Source: Chamaesiphon sp.
Lineage (GTDB): Bacteria > Cyanobacteriota > Cyanobacteriia > Cyanobacteriales > Chamaesiphonaceae
DNA: 64,000 nucleotides
NCBI GenBank assembly: GCA_965246715.1
Contig: CBDFFH010000012.1
Span: 1-64,000, forward strand
Reading direction: 5' to 3'
Positions 42,764-51,714 of the stretch are shown here, piece after piece. The position numbers were made by a program, and so were the translations under genes. Under the pieces are notes generated by a model that had not been told where the DNA came from, made no database searches, and saw only the letters and a list, made by a program, of their open reading frames with translations. Each line of letters begins with the position of its first letter. The first letter of the stretch is position 1.

Positions 42764-43168
42764 CTATCGTTCTGGTTTCACGATAATTCCATTAATCATC
42801 GGACTGGGAGTGGGTTTTGGGTTACTAACCTTGCCATTAATAATCGGACTTGGGCTAGGCTGTGGATTCCGAATCCTGCCATTAATCATCGGGCGCGGTT
42901 CGGTGCTGGCTGCGGGGACACCAGCAGTTACAGGTTGTCTAACGCTATTTTCCTTAGATGCGATCGCGCGATGTAGCGCGGATGTGACTAAATCTTGGTG
43001 GGCGGGATCGAGCGCGATTAATTTGGAGATCGTTTGACTGAGATTGTCTACTGAGGCGCGATTGGTACGAGCGGACTCTGCTCGTACGACATTAGCGACC
43101 AAACAACTCGCGATCGTCAAACTTAATGTCAGCCATAAGCGAGTACCCAGCGTGAAGTTACTTTTCAT
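42764..43168 (-). CDS. Signal-peptide protein with three 15-aa C-terminal P-[MI]-I-N-G repeats
   Basis: 45-bp periodic repeats at 42789, 42834 and 42879; hydrophobic N-terminus ending VRA. Confidence 0.8.
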   Translation of the reverse strand: MKSNFTLGTRLWLTLSLTIASCLVANVVRAESARTNRASVDNLSQTISKLIALDPAHQDLVTSALHRAIASKENSVRQPVTAGVPAASTEPRPMINGRIRNPQPSPSPIINGKVSNPKPTPSPMINGIIVKPER

Positions 43169-43411
43169 TGAGAATTTGCGATAATTAGAGAAGCTGACAA
43201 CTATTAGCTTCAATTGACGATCGCGAAATTACGGAAATAAGTTAGGCGGCAATTTCTGGTAGCTACCATCGCCAGTCCAACGATCGTCTAGATGATTCAA
43301 GTGCTTATTTGATAATCGAGCAGTCGGAGTTAAGTAAAAACTTCAAACTTGTCGCTCGGGATCGATCTAGCGCAAGCATCCAAGCAAATCGATCGAAAGC
43401 TCTAATTATTT

Positions 43412-43963
43412 TCAAGGTTTGTTCTTAGAAATATTCTCTTTCTTGAATTGCTGTTTGCGGAGACTTTCGATGCGCTCGTTAACTTGTTTTTGGAGTTCTA
43501 CTCGATCGACTCGCTTACTATAAATTTTTAAATACTTAACAGCTTCGTCAGTATTACCATCATTTTCCTTTAGTCTAGCTAGCGAGAGATAATCCTGCGT
43601 AGCAACCATCGGAGCGATCTCGTTATAGCTTCTAATGAGTTGCGGAATTACAATCGTGGCTAAGAAAGTTAAAATTATAAAAGATATTTTTGCATCTGCC
43701 TTGGTTGATTCGACTATGTACATCGTCAAAGCAAATAATAAGATCAGTACTAATAAAATAAATAGTAAATGCGGGTCTTGAAGTAAAATGCTGGATACCT
43801 GTTCGACCTCACTATTGTGACTACCGATGGTAAACCCGACTAGTGCCGTTGTCGTAGGCAATGTAAATTGTCGTAAGGAAGACCCTTTGCCACTAAGATG
43901 AAAAATCAGTGAGACGATACTGGCAATAATCGCCACGCTATTCCAAGTATTCATGATTAGCAC
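43412..43963 (-). CDS. Hypothetical membrane protein with a TPR-like C-terminus
   Basis: 3-4 hydrophobic segments; AT-rich. Confidence 0.65.
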   Translation of the reverse strand: MLIMNTWNSVAIIASIVSLIFHLSGKGSSLRQFTLPTTTALVGFTIGSHNSEVEQVSSILLQDPHLLFILLVLILLFALTMYIVESTKADAKISFIILTFLATIVIPQLIRSYNEIAPMVATQDYLSLARLKENDGNTDEAVKYLKIYSKRVDRVELQKQVNERIESLRKQQFKKENISKNKP

Positions 43964-44003
43964 CCCAGTTTTTTGTTAACTGTTAAATAGCAACAGTTAT
44001 GCG

Positions 44004-44048
44004 TTCGCGTTCGCGAAGCATCTGCCTCAGCAGCGCCTTAGAACGAGA
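44004..44048. repeat. Nested 24-nt + 21-nt small dispersed repeats in a HIP1-like site
   Basis: GCG^ATCGA is interrupted; the outer 24-mer resembles 60323-60346. Confidence 0.6.
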
Positions 44049-44127
44049 ATCGATATCGCGGGTAATACTAGCATGCCTAGGGGTTGAATTGTTGTCAGAG
44101 TTTTAGCTTTTTTCCGCCACCTAATTT

Positions 44128-45786
44128 TTAGCCTTGCTTTGCCAATAGGGGCGCAGCCGCAAGTAATGCCTTGGTATAGTCTTCTTGAGGATTGCTGAAT
44201 ATTTGTTGAGTTTCACCCATTTCGACAATTCGACCTCGATTCATCACAGCAATCCGATCGCACAAAAACCTTGCCAGCCATAGGTCGTGAGTGATAAAGA
44301 GATAGGTGAGATTGTCTTCGCGTTTGAGTTCGAGCATCAGATCCAAGACCTCTGCCTGAATCGTCGCATCCAGCATACTCACTGGTTCGTCACAAATTAC
44401 CAGTTTGGGTTTGGTAATTAGCGCGCGCGCGATGCCGACGCGTTGCTGTTGTCCGCCAGAGAGTTGATTGGGATAGCGATCGTAATATTCCTCGGCGGGA
44501 TTGAGTCCCACCCGTTCCAGCATCGCCAAAACTTGCGCTCTCGTCTCAGCCTCGGTAGCATTCAGCTGGTGGATCTGCAACGGATCGGCAATACTTTCGC
44601 CAATCGTCATCATCGGATTGAGTGAAGCACTCGGATCTTGGAAGATCATTTGCATGTCGCGACGTTTGGCGCGAATGGCGGTCGGCGAGAGCTGAGTTAA
44701 TTCTTCACCACAGAATGTCACCGTGCCGCTCGTCGCCGGAATCAATTGTAGGATCGTGCGGGAGAGCGTACTTTTACCGCAGCCAGATTCGCCAACCAAA
44801 CCGAAGATTTCGCCCTGATATAAATCCAAGCGTACGTTATCAACAGCTTTAATCGTTTCGGTCTTGGCTTGTGTAAATAGCCGCTGGAGGAAGCTAGTTT
44901 CGATCGTGTAGTATTTATGCAGATTTTCGAGCCTGAGAATCGGTTGCTCGTCTGACTGTGGATCTGGTACGAGTTGGGCGATCTCGTCATTTGCCTGAAT
45001 ATGTAGCGCCGATTTGAGTAAGATTTGGGTGTATTCAGCTTGAGGGTTGCCAAAAATCTGTTCGACGGTACCTTCTTCCTCTTTACGCCCTTTATTCATC
45101 ACGACAATCCGATCGCAATAAGTCGCGATCGTGGCAAGATCGTGAGAAATCAGTAATAGTCCCATCTGACGCTCATCACACAGCCGGGTTAATTCTTTCA
45201 AAATTTCCGCCGACACCCGCACATCCAAACTCGTAGTCGGTTCGTCGGCGATAATCAGCTTGGGATCGAGTAATAAAGCTAACGCGATCGCTACCCGTTG
45301 GCGCATGCCACCGCTGAATTCATGCGGATACTGATTCCACCTCGTTTCAGGAATTTTGACGGCTGCTAGGGTGTCTAGAGCGCGCTGTTTGGCTGCTTGG
45401 TTGGTTAGATTCGGTTCGTGAGCTTGAAGGGTCTCTAGGCAGTGGTTGCCGATTGTCATTAGCGGATCCAATCGCGTCATCGGATCTTGAAAGATCAACC
45501 CCACCGATTCTCCCCTAAAGCGGCGAATTGCCTCTGGATTGAGATCTGGCACCGATTGCCCCTCAAATAGAATTTTCCCCTGAATGCTAGAGCCGTCAGG
45601 AAGTAGCCGCATCACTGCTTTACCGAGAGTCGATTTACCGCATCCTGACTCCCCCACAAAGCCAATTTTCTCCCCAGCAGCCAATTGAAAGGATACATCC
45701 TCAACTGCATTTACCAAGTGCTGGCTCGATTCTTTCTGTGGATAAGTCACCCAGAGGTTTTGGACACTTAGAAGTGGGTTTGTCAT
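44128..45786 (-). CDS. Peptide/nickel ABC transporter, fused double ATPase
   Basis: Two GESGCGKS Walker A motifs, FSGGM/LSGGQ signatures and two DEP motifs. Confidence 0.95.
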   Translation of the reverse strand: MTNPLLSVQNLWVTYPQKESSQHLVNAVEDVSFQLAAGEKIGFVGESGCGKSTLGKAVMRLLPDGSSIQGKILFEGQSVPDLNPEAIRRFRGESVGLIFQDPMTRLDPLMTIGNHCLETLQAHEPNLTNQAAKQRALDTLAAVKIPETRWNQYPHEFSGGMRQRVAIALALLLDPKLIIADEPTTSLDVRVSAEILKELTRLCDERQMGLLLISHDLATIATYCDRIVVMNKGRKEEEGTVEQIFGNPQAEYTQILLKSALHIQANDEIAQLVPDPQSDEQPILRLENLHKYYTIETSFLQRLFTQAKTETIKAVDNVRLDLYQGEIFGLVGESGCGKSTLSRTILQLIPATSGTVTFCGEELTQLSPTAIRAKRRDMQMIFQDPSASLNPMMTIGESIADPLQIHQLNATEAETRAQVLAMLERVGLNPAEEYYDRYPNQLSGGQQQRVGIARALITKPKLVICDEPVSMLDATIQAEVLDLMLELKREDNLTYLFITHDLWLARFLCDRIAVMNRGRIVEMGETQQIFSNPQEDYTKALLAAAPLLAKQG

Positions 45787-45970
45787 GGGGAAGGGGGAAA
45801 GGGAGAAAGGGGGAAAGGGGGAAAGGGGAAGGGGAAAGGGGAAAGGGGAAGAATTAATAGTTAGATGCGGAGATTTTACCCACCCCGCCACTTCGTGGCA
45901 CCCCTCCTAGGAGGGGAATTTAACAGCCACTAGCCACTAGCCACTAGTCACTATCTCCTTTCCCCTTAAT

Positions 45971-46537
45971 TTACTTCTTCTCTCGCTCGAATCGCCGCAT
46001 CAAATAAGCCGCAGCAAAATCGCCATTGGGATGCTTAGAAAGAATATCAGCGAGATCGAAGACGCGCTGTGCCATTTCTACGCCTACCTTATCGATGATG
46101 GCTTGACGTTCGAGTTCGTTCATGTGACTGGCACGCGCGCTGGCTTGCCAAGAGCCGGAGAAAAGTTGGGGGATATTCGTATGGAAATTCAAGCGCTCGA
46201 GAATTTCCCACTCCCCCCTATCGCACCAGATCCCGCCGCAAGTGAGACAATGTTCGAGATAAAATGGTTCTCTAAGCGAAATTTTCCCGCGTGCCATCAG
46301 TCGCCCACATTCGGGACAAGGTGCTGTTTTGGCATCTAACGGGCCAGGGGTGTAAGCAAGATGATAGTTTTTAGCTAGAACATCAGGATTGGGCGTAGTA
46401 TTTTGACGCTGCGATCTCCAGGTTTGATAGTTGTGTCCGGGAATCCATTCACCCGCACACTCCGGACAATGTTTTGTTAAGAGCATATCGCTAAGAATTC
46501 CGTTCGCTAGCTCAGACCTACATTTAGGACAATGCAT
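45971..46537 (-). CDS. Zinc-ribbon (zf-TFIIB-like) domain protein
   Basis: Four CxxC pairs; CGGIWCDRGE. Confidence 0.85.
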   Translation of the reverse strand: MHCPKCRSELANGILSDMLLTKHCPECAGEWIPGHNYQTWRSQRQNTTPNPDVLAKNYHLAYTPGPLDAKTAPCPECGRLMARGKISLREPFYLEHCLTCGGIWCDRGEWEILERLNFHTNIPQLFSGSWQASARASHMNELERQAIIDKVGVEMAQRVFDLADILSKHPNGDFAAAYLMRRFEREKK

Positions 46538-46658
46538 CTTTTGAATTATGTAATGATGAATTATAAATTGTGAATGACCGATCGTCGGTTAAAGGTAACG
46601 GCGCGACAGCTTTAATCTATGTCGAGCAGTTGCGCTAAATGTTGCATCTATTTTTCAA

Positions 46659-47003
46659 TTATGAATTACAGATAATATCTTGACAGTATTTGAGTAATAG
46701 ATTCAGTTTATCTCGATACGCTTGACGGCGCTGTGCGGCGGTTGCTGGATTCCGAGCGGCAGCGATAAACATCACATCCATTGGGAGTAGCCGCAATAGC
46801 CGATGGCTTTCGGTCAAATACGATCGCATTTTACCAGCGATGGGATCTGGAAGTTCGTCGTAACTCTGAGTGAGGATCTCGGACTCGAAAACCCCAATCG
46901 CGTTACTGAGAGCAACTTTGAGGTCGGGAATCGAATCCTCAGGCAAGTTGGAGAGCTGATTAAATAATTGTTGCCACAAAAAAATCTGGTGGTTTGGCAA
47001 CAT
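46659..47003 (-). CDS. patD: PatD-like protein
   Basis: SYLTESHRLLRLLPMDVMFIAAARNPAT...YC motif; divergent from relA/spoT. Confidence 0.75.
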   Translation of the reverse strand: MLPNHQIFLWQQLFNQLSNLPEDSIPDLKVALSNAIGVFESEILTQSYDELPDPIAGKMRSYLTESHRLLRLLPMDVMFIAAARNPATAAQRRQAYRDKLNLLLKYCQDIICNS

Positions 47004-47272
47004 AAATAACTTAGTTAGAATAGAATATATGTAAATAATTTTACACTTTTCTAATACATCGCGCGCTACATCCGCACCCCGATTGTTACTAAATTTAGCG
47101 CTGTAGAGCCAGATCCAACCGAACTATCGATCGGGTAGATAACTGGCTCGATCGAGTGCATAATAAATTACTTCCGCTCCAAGAACTAGATATAAATAAG
47201 TGGTACCGATGCTGGCAGTTCGTCCCATGATGATGCCACAAGCTGTCAGTTTTAAAGCAGTCGGTGCCAAGT

Positions 47273-47499
47273 CAATACTTCTCGGTTAATCTAAAAACTA
47301 GTTAGTCCGCGTAGGCAGGCTTTTGCCGCGAGCGGCAACAACCGGACTTTGTTTTACTAGCGGCGACTTGCGGCTCGCGCTCCTCGGGTTCCCCGAGGGT
47401 TTAGCGAGACAGCGACCGAAATCGCGCTGAGGTTCCCTCAGCGTGCGTTTCGGTCAAGACAAGACACAGTCGCTAGCAGTTCTTAACCAAGAAGTATTG
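47273..47499. mobile_element. MITE (227 bp) with CAATACTTCT(C/T)GGTTAA TIRs and nested micro-elements
   Basis: Exact 10-bp duplication GGTGCCAAGT (47263-47272, 47500-47509); nested inserts at 47317-47343, 47370-47466 and 47412-47461. Confidence 0.85.
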
Positions 47500-47572
47500 G
47501 GTGCCAAGTTTCCGCTTCTAATTATCTTTATTAAAGTTATTCCTAGATTTATTTATCTTATCTTCTTCAGCT

Positions 47573-49915
47573 ATGACTACTCCAATCTCTGTTCCTGCTA
47601 ACAATGTTGCTGTCATCGACGCTTCTAGCGAATCTCCAGATGGTGTTAAGACATATAACTGCGATATTCCGGCATGGCTGAAACAATGTTTGGATGAGGC
47701 CCAAAATCTTGATGTAACAGCAAGCGATCCGACAAGTAATTTGTCTAGAAGCGATCGGTTGTTAATCGCCGATGCCTTTCAGCTGGCCTACGATCTACAT
47801 GGCGAACAAAAGCGTAAATCTGGAGAACTTTATATCTGTCACCCGATTGCAGTAGCGGGATTGCTCAGAGATTTGGGTGGTGGTGCGGCGATGATTGCGG
47901 CGGGATTTTTACATGATGTCGTTGAAGATACGGAAGTGAAGATCGCTGAAATAGAATCTCGATTTGGCCAGGAAACCGCACATTTAGTTGAAGGTGTCAC
48001 CAAGCTATCTAAGTTTGAATTCTCTAGCAAAAAAGAACAACAAGCTGAGAATTTTCGGCGAATGTTTATCGCGATGGCACAGGATATTCGCGTGATCGTA
48101 GTCAAGTTGGCTGACCGGATTCATAATATGCAAACGCTCGATCATTTACGCGCCGATCGACAACTCGCGATCGCCCAAGAAACTCGCGATATTTTTGCCC
48201 CATTAGCCGATCGATTGGGCTTGGGACAGATCAAATGGGAATTAGAAGATTTAGCTTTTAAATACATCGAAGCTGAAGATTATCGACGCATTCAGGATTT
48301 AGTTGCCGAGAAGCGGACGGCAAGAGAGGCGAGGATTGCCAATGTTACCGAAATGATTCGCCATCGTCTCGATCGCGCGAATATTAAATACATCGATATC
48401 AGTGGCCGACCGAAACATTTATACAGCATCTATCAAAAGATGCGTTATCAGAAAAAAGAATTTAGCGAAATCTATGATTTGACAGCAATTCGCATTATCG
48501 TCGAATCAAATCAAGAATGCTATCTAGCTTTAGCCGAAATTCACGATGCTTTTAAACCAATTCCTGGTAGGTTCAAAGATTATATCGGTTTGCCAAAAAA
48601 TAACCGCTACCAATCCTTGCATACCACAGTAGTCGGATTTACAGGTACGCCCCTAGAAGTCCAAATTCGGACGATAGAAATGCATCACGTCGCTGAATAT
48701 GGCATTGCGGCGCATTGGATTTATAAATCAAACTCTAAATCCGAACAAAGTAAACCAGAACCGGGCAAAGTACCATCCACCAGACGCACCGAAGTCGATG
48801 AAAAATTTTCTTGGTTACGGCAACTACTTGAATGGCAGAATGATGTCAAAGATGCGATCGAATTTGACGACCATCTCAAAGATCATCTGCTCGAACGCGA
48901 TGTCTACGTCTTTACGCCCAAAGGTGAAGTAGTCTCGCTCCGTCAAGATTCGACACCTGTAGACTTTGCCTATCGAATTCATACCGAAGTGGGCAACCAC
49001 TGCGCTGGTGCTAAAGTAAACGATCGGATCGTCCCGCTCTCGAGGACGCTAAAAAATGGTGATATCGTCGAGATTATCACGCGAGAAAATAGTCGTCCTA
49101 GCCTCGACTGGCTGAATTTTGTCGTCAGTCCTGGCGCGCGCAACCGCATCACCCAATGGTACAAGCGATCGCATCGCGATGAAAATATCGCCAGAGGGCG
49201 GGAATTACTCGAACGGGAACTGGGCAAAAATGGGCTGGAATCCCTACTCAAGTCAGAGCCAATGCTATCTGTCGCCCAACGCTGTAACTACGTTACTGTC
49301 GAGGATTTACTCGCTGGTTTGGGCTATGGGGAAGTTACCCAGAAAATGGTAGTCAACCGGATTCGCGAGCTAGTAAAAGATCGTCAAGAACCCAGCGTCG
49401 AGCTACCACCAACTACCGCGCCAAAACAAACTACCTCAAATAGTAGTAGTGACTTCCCAATTTTAGGCATCGAAGGGCTGTTACATCACCTAGCAGGTTG
49501 TTGTAGCCCGATTCCTGGCGAACCAATTATCGGTTTAGTTACCCGCAACAGCGGCATTTCGATCCATCGCCAAGGTTGCGTGAATGTCGAACAGATGGAC
49601 GGCAATCGCCTACTACCCGTAAGCTGGAATACCCAGACTACAAATGAGAAACCACGTACCTATCCAGTCAGCGTTCAATTAGAAGTGCTCGATCGAGTGG
49701 GGGTACTCAAAGATGTCTTGTCCCGTTTGACGGATAATAGAATCAACGTGCGATCGGCGAATGTGATTACGCATTATGCCAAACCCGCAATAATCGATCT
49801 CTCGATCGAAGTCAGCGACAAAACCCAATTAGAACGCTGTTTCTCCCAAATCAAACAGATGAGCGATGTGCTCAATATTCGCCGTCTATCCCAAACTGAA
49901 GATAAAGTATTATGA
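47573..49915 (+). CDS. relA: Bifunctional (p)ppGpp synthetase/hydrolase (RelA/SpoT)
   Basis: HD (LHDVVED), RFKDY, YQSLHT, EVQIRT, TGS and ACT domains. Confidence 0.95.
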   Translation: MTTPISVPANNVAVIDASSESPDGVKTYNCDIPAWLKQCLDEAQNLDVTASDPTSNLSRSDRLLIADAFQLAYDLHGEQKRKSGELYICHPIAVAGLLRDLGGGAAMIAAGFLHDVVEDTEVKIAEIESRFGQETAHLVEGVTKLSKFEFSSKKEQQAENFRRMFIAMAQDIRVIVVKLADRIHNMQTLDHLRADRQLAIAQETRDIFAPLADRLGLGQIKWELEDLAFKYIEAEDYRRIQDLVAEKRTAREARIANVTEMIRHRLDRANIKYIDISGRPKHLYSIYQKMRYQKKEFSEIYDLTAIRIIVESNQECYLALAEIHDAFKPIPGRFKDYIGLPKNNRYQSLHTTVVGFTGTPLEVQIRTIEMHHVAEYGIAAHWIYKSNSKSEQSKPEPGKVPSTRRTEVDEKFSWLRQLLEWQNDVKDAIEFDDHLKDHLLERDVYVFTPKGEVVSLRQDSTPVDFAYRIHTEVGNHCAGAKVNDRIVPLSRTLKNGDIVEIITRENSRPSLDWLNFVVSPGARNRITQWYKRSHRDENIARGRELLERELGKNGLESLLKSEPMLSVAQRCNYVTVEDLLAGLGYGEVTQKMVVNRIRELVKDRQEPSVELPPTTAPKQTTSNSSSDFPILGIEGLLHHLAGCCSPIPGEPIIGLVTRNSGISIHRQGCVNVEQMDGNRLLPVSWNTQTTNEKPRTYPVSVQLEVLDRVGVLKDVLSRLTDNRINVRSANVITHYAKPAIIDLSIEVSDKTQLERCFSQIKQMSDVLNIRRLSQTEDKVL

Positions 49916-50034
49916 CCTTTGATATTACGAATGAAGCAACCCAAAATGCGATCGCTGGCGGACTCGCGATCGTGATTATTTTGGGTGCAATGACGATGAT
50001 GTTTACCAATCTCTGGACGACTAAAAAGAAGTAG
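49912..50034 (+). CDS. Putative 40-aa single-pass membrane protein (not in the ORF track)
   Basis: ATGA overlap with the relA stop; MTFDITNEATQNAIAGGLAIVIILGAMTMMFTNLWTTKKK. Confidence 0.6.
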   Translation: MTFDITNEATQNAIAGGLAIVIILGAMTMMFTNLWTTKKK

Positions 50035-50148
50035 CTAAATTCAAATATGACATTGCTAGATACATAGAATCGATCTAAATATATTTACAAAGTTTAAAAA
50101 TTTTCATCCTCAACATCCTTTCCACACTTCCCCTTAAGGACGATCTCG

Positions 50149-50793
50149 ATGTTATCGGTATCTTCATCGCCAATCCCTGCGGAACAGCGTACCTGTTTGC
50201 ATGATATTAGCTGGGAATTATTTGAAAATCTCCTTAGCGAAATCGGTAATGATGGCTCAACGCGACTTGCTTATTATCAGGGTACGCTAGAATTTATGAC
50301 TCCGTTACCGGAACACGAGCGCCCGATTAGAAGGATCGATACGCTAATTGTGGAATTAGCAACCGCCCTAAATTTACCATTAGATTTACTCGGCTCGACT
50401 ACTATCAAACGTCCCGAACTCAAAGCTGGAAAAGAGCCAGATGCTTGTTACTATCTTCAGAATGAGTATCTAATTAGGAATAAGTCCCAACTAGATTTCA
50501 CTCAAGATCCACCACCAGATTTGGCACTAGAAGTCGATATTACAAATAGCTCGATCGACAAGCTATCTCTCTACGCAACTTTAGGTATCCCCGAACTCTG
50601 GCGATATGATGGTAAAGTGCTAACTTTTTATAGTTTAGAGAATGGAACTTATCAAATAGTCGATCGATCTGTCAGTTTTCCAATCCTATCTTCGGCAAAA
50701 GTTTTGGAGTTTTTAGATGATTGTCAATCGCTAGGTGTAAGTAACGCTGTTCGATCTTTACGTGAGTGGATTAAAATCCAGATCGATAGCTAA
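50149..50793 (+). CDS. Uma2 family endonuclease-fold protein
   Basis: ISWE, LEFMTP, EPDACYY, PPPDLALEVD and GIPELWRYDG motifs. Confidence 0.9.
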   Translation: MLSVSSSPIPAEQRTCLHDISWELFENLLSEIGNDGSTRLAYYQGTLEFMTPLPEHERPIRRIDTLIVELATALNLPLDLLGSTTIKRPELKAGKEPDACYYLQNEYLIRNKSQLDFTQDPPPDLALEVDITNSSIDKLSLYATLGIPELWRYDGKVLTFYSLENGTYQIVDRSVSFPILSSAKVLEFLDDCQSLGVSNAVRSLREWIKIQIDS

Positions 50794-50796
50794 GAG

Positions 50797-51561
50797 ATGA
50801 AGATTTCCAGAGCATTTATCCAGGAGCAGGGGAATGGAAAACTGCGACATGAAGAAAAATTGGTAGTAGAAGAACTAAAGCATCGAGGAATCCCGATCGA
50901 GTTTTACACCGAAAAACGCATCCGTCGTCGCCAATTGCCGCTGGATTTAGAATCGTTAGTCGTTGGCGATATGCCTTGTATTGCTGGCGCGCTACAACAA
51001 TTATCAATTCCCGAACCAGCGCCAAATGATTATCCAGCATCGCTGAATGAATTCTTGTATCGCCGGATTTGGAGATCGACACTCGGAGCATTAGAATTGG
51101 GGCTGCGAGATGGTAGATATCCCGCAATTTTTGCCAAGCCAGCTAACCGCTGTAAACGGTTTACGGGTTGTGTGTTTGAAACTGAATACGATCTATTCAA
51201 AGTCTCTGGCGTTTCGCGGCGGGAAGAATTATGGTGTTCTGAAGTTATTACTTGGCTGAGTGAATACCGTGTTTATGTGGTGAATTCGGAAATTAGAAGC
51301 ATCGATTTTTACGCTGGGAATCCAGCAATTACGATCGATCTGACAGAAATCGATCGGGCGATCGAATTATTAGATCGGGCGGGTGAATCTTATGCAGGAT
51401 ATGCGATCGATTTTGGTGTATTAGCTACTGGTGAAACTGCTTTAGTCGAGATGAATGATGGCTTCTCTGTTGGTGCCTATAAAATTGATGCCAAAAATTA
51501 TACTGAGATGTTATTAGCTAGATGGCAACAACTTTTGAATCTCCGCCCGATAGCTAAATAA
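50797..51561 (+). CDS. ATP-grasp domain protein (DUF4343/R2K-like)
   Basis: DYP, FAKP, FTG, SEYRVYV, DFG and LVEMNDG motifs. Confidence 0.75.
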   Translation: MKISRAFIQEQGNGKLRHEEKLVVEELKHRGIPIEFYTEKRIRRRQLPLDLESLVVGDMPCIAGALQQLSIPEPAPNDYPASLNEFLYRRIWRSTLGALELGLRDGRYPAIFAKPANRCKRFTGCVFETEYDLFKVSGVSRREELWCSEVITWLSEYRVYVVNSEIRSIDFYAGNPAITIDLTEIDRAIELLDRAGESYAGYAIDFGVLATGETALVEMNDGFSVGAYKIDAKNYTEMLLARWQQLLNLRPIAK

Positions 51562-51593
51562 ATATAAATTGCTCGCTCTCTTGACATCACATC

Positions 51594-51714
51594 TTCTTAT
51601 CCCAAACTGACGTTAATTAGTTAGTCCGCGAAGGCGGACTTTGCAACACTAGCCACGATTTCAATCGTTGGCGGTATTAGGACGAATCGAAAATTCTTAA
51701 CCCGAACTCACGTT
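51594..51714. repeat. Two same-orientation MITE right ends around a REP-like palindrome
   Basis: TTCTTATCCCAAACTGACGTT ... AGTCCGCGAAGGCGGACT ... TTCTTAACCCGAACTCACGTT. Confidence 0.7.

Noticed and set aside
42789..42893. 45-bp periodic repeat as a mini-CRISPR
   Set aside because: The period is a multiple of three within an ORF and the variation is codon-like; it is a peptide repeat.
45787..45891. N-terminal PFPFP extension of the ABC ATPase (and similar extensions of tldD and the NUDIX gene)
   Set aside because: They derive from heptamer or purine tandem repeats upstream of better ATG starts.
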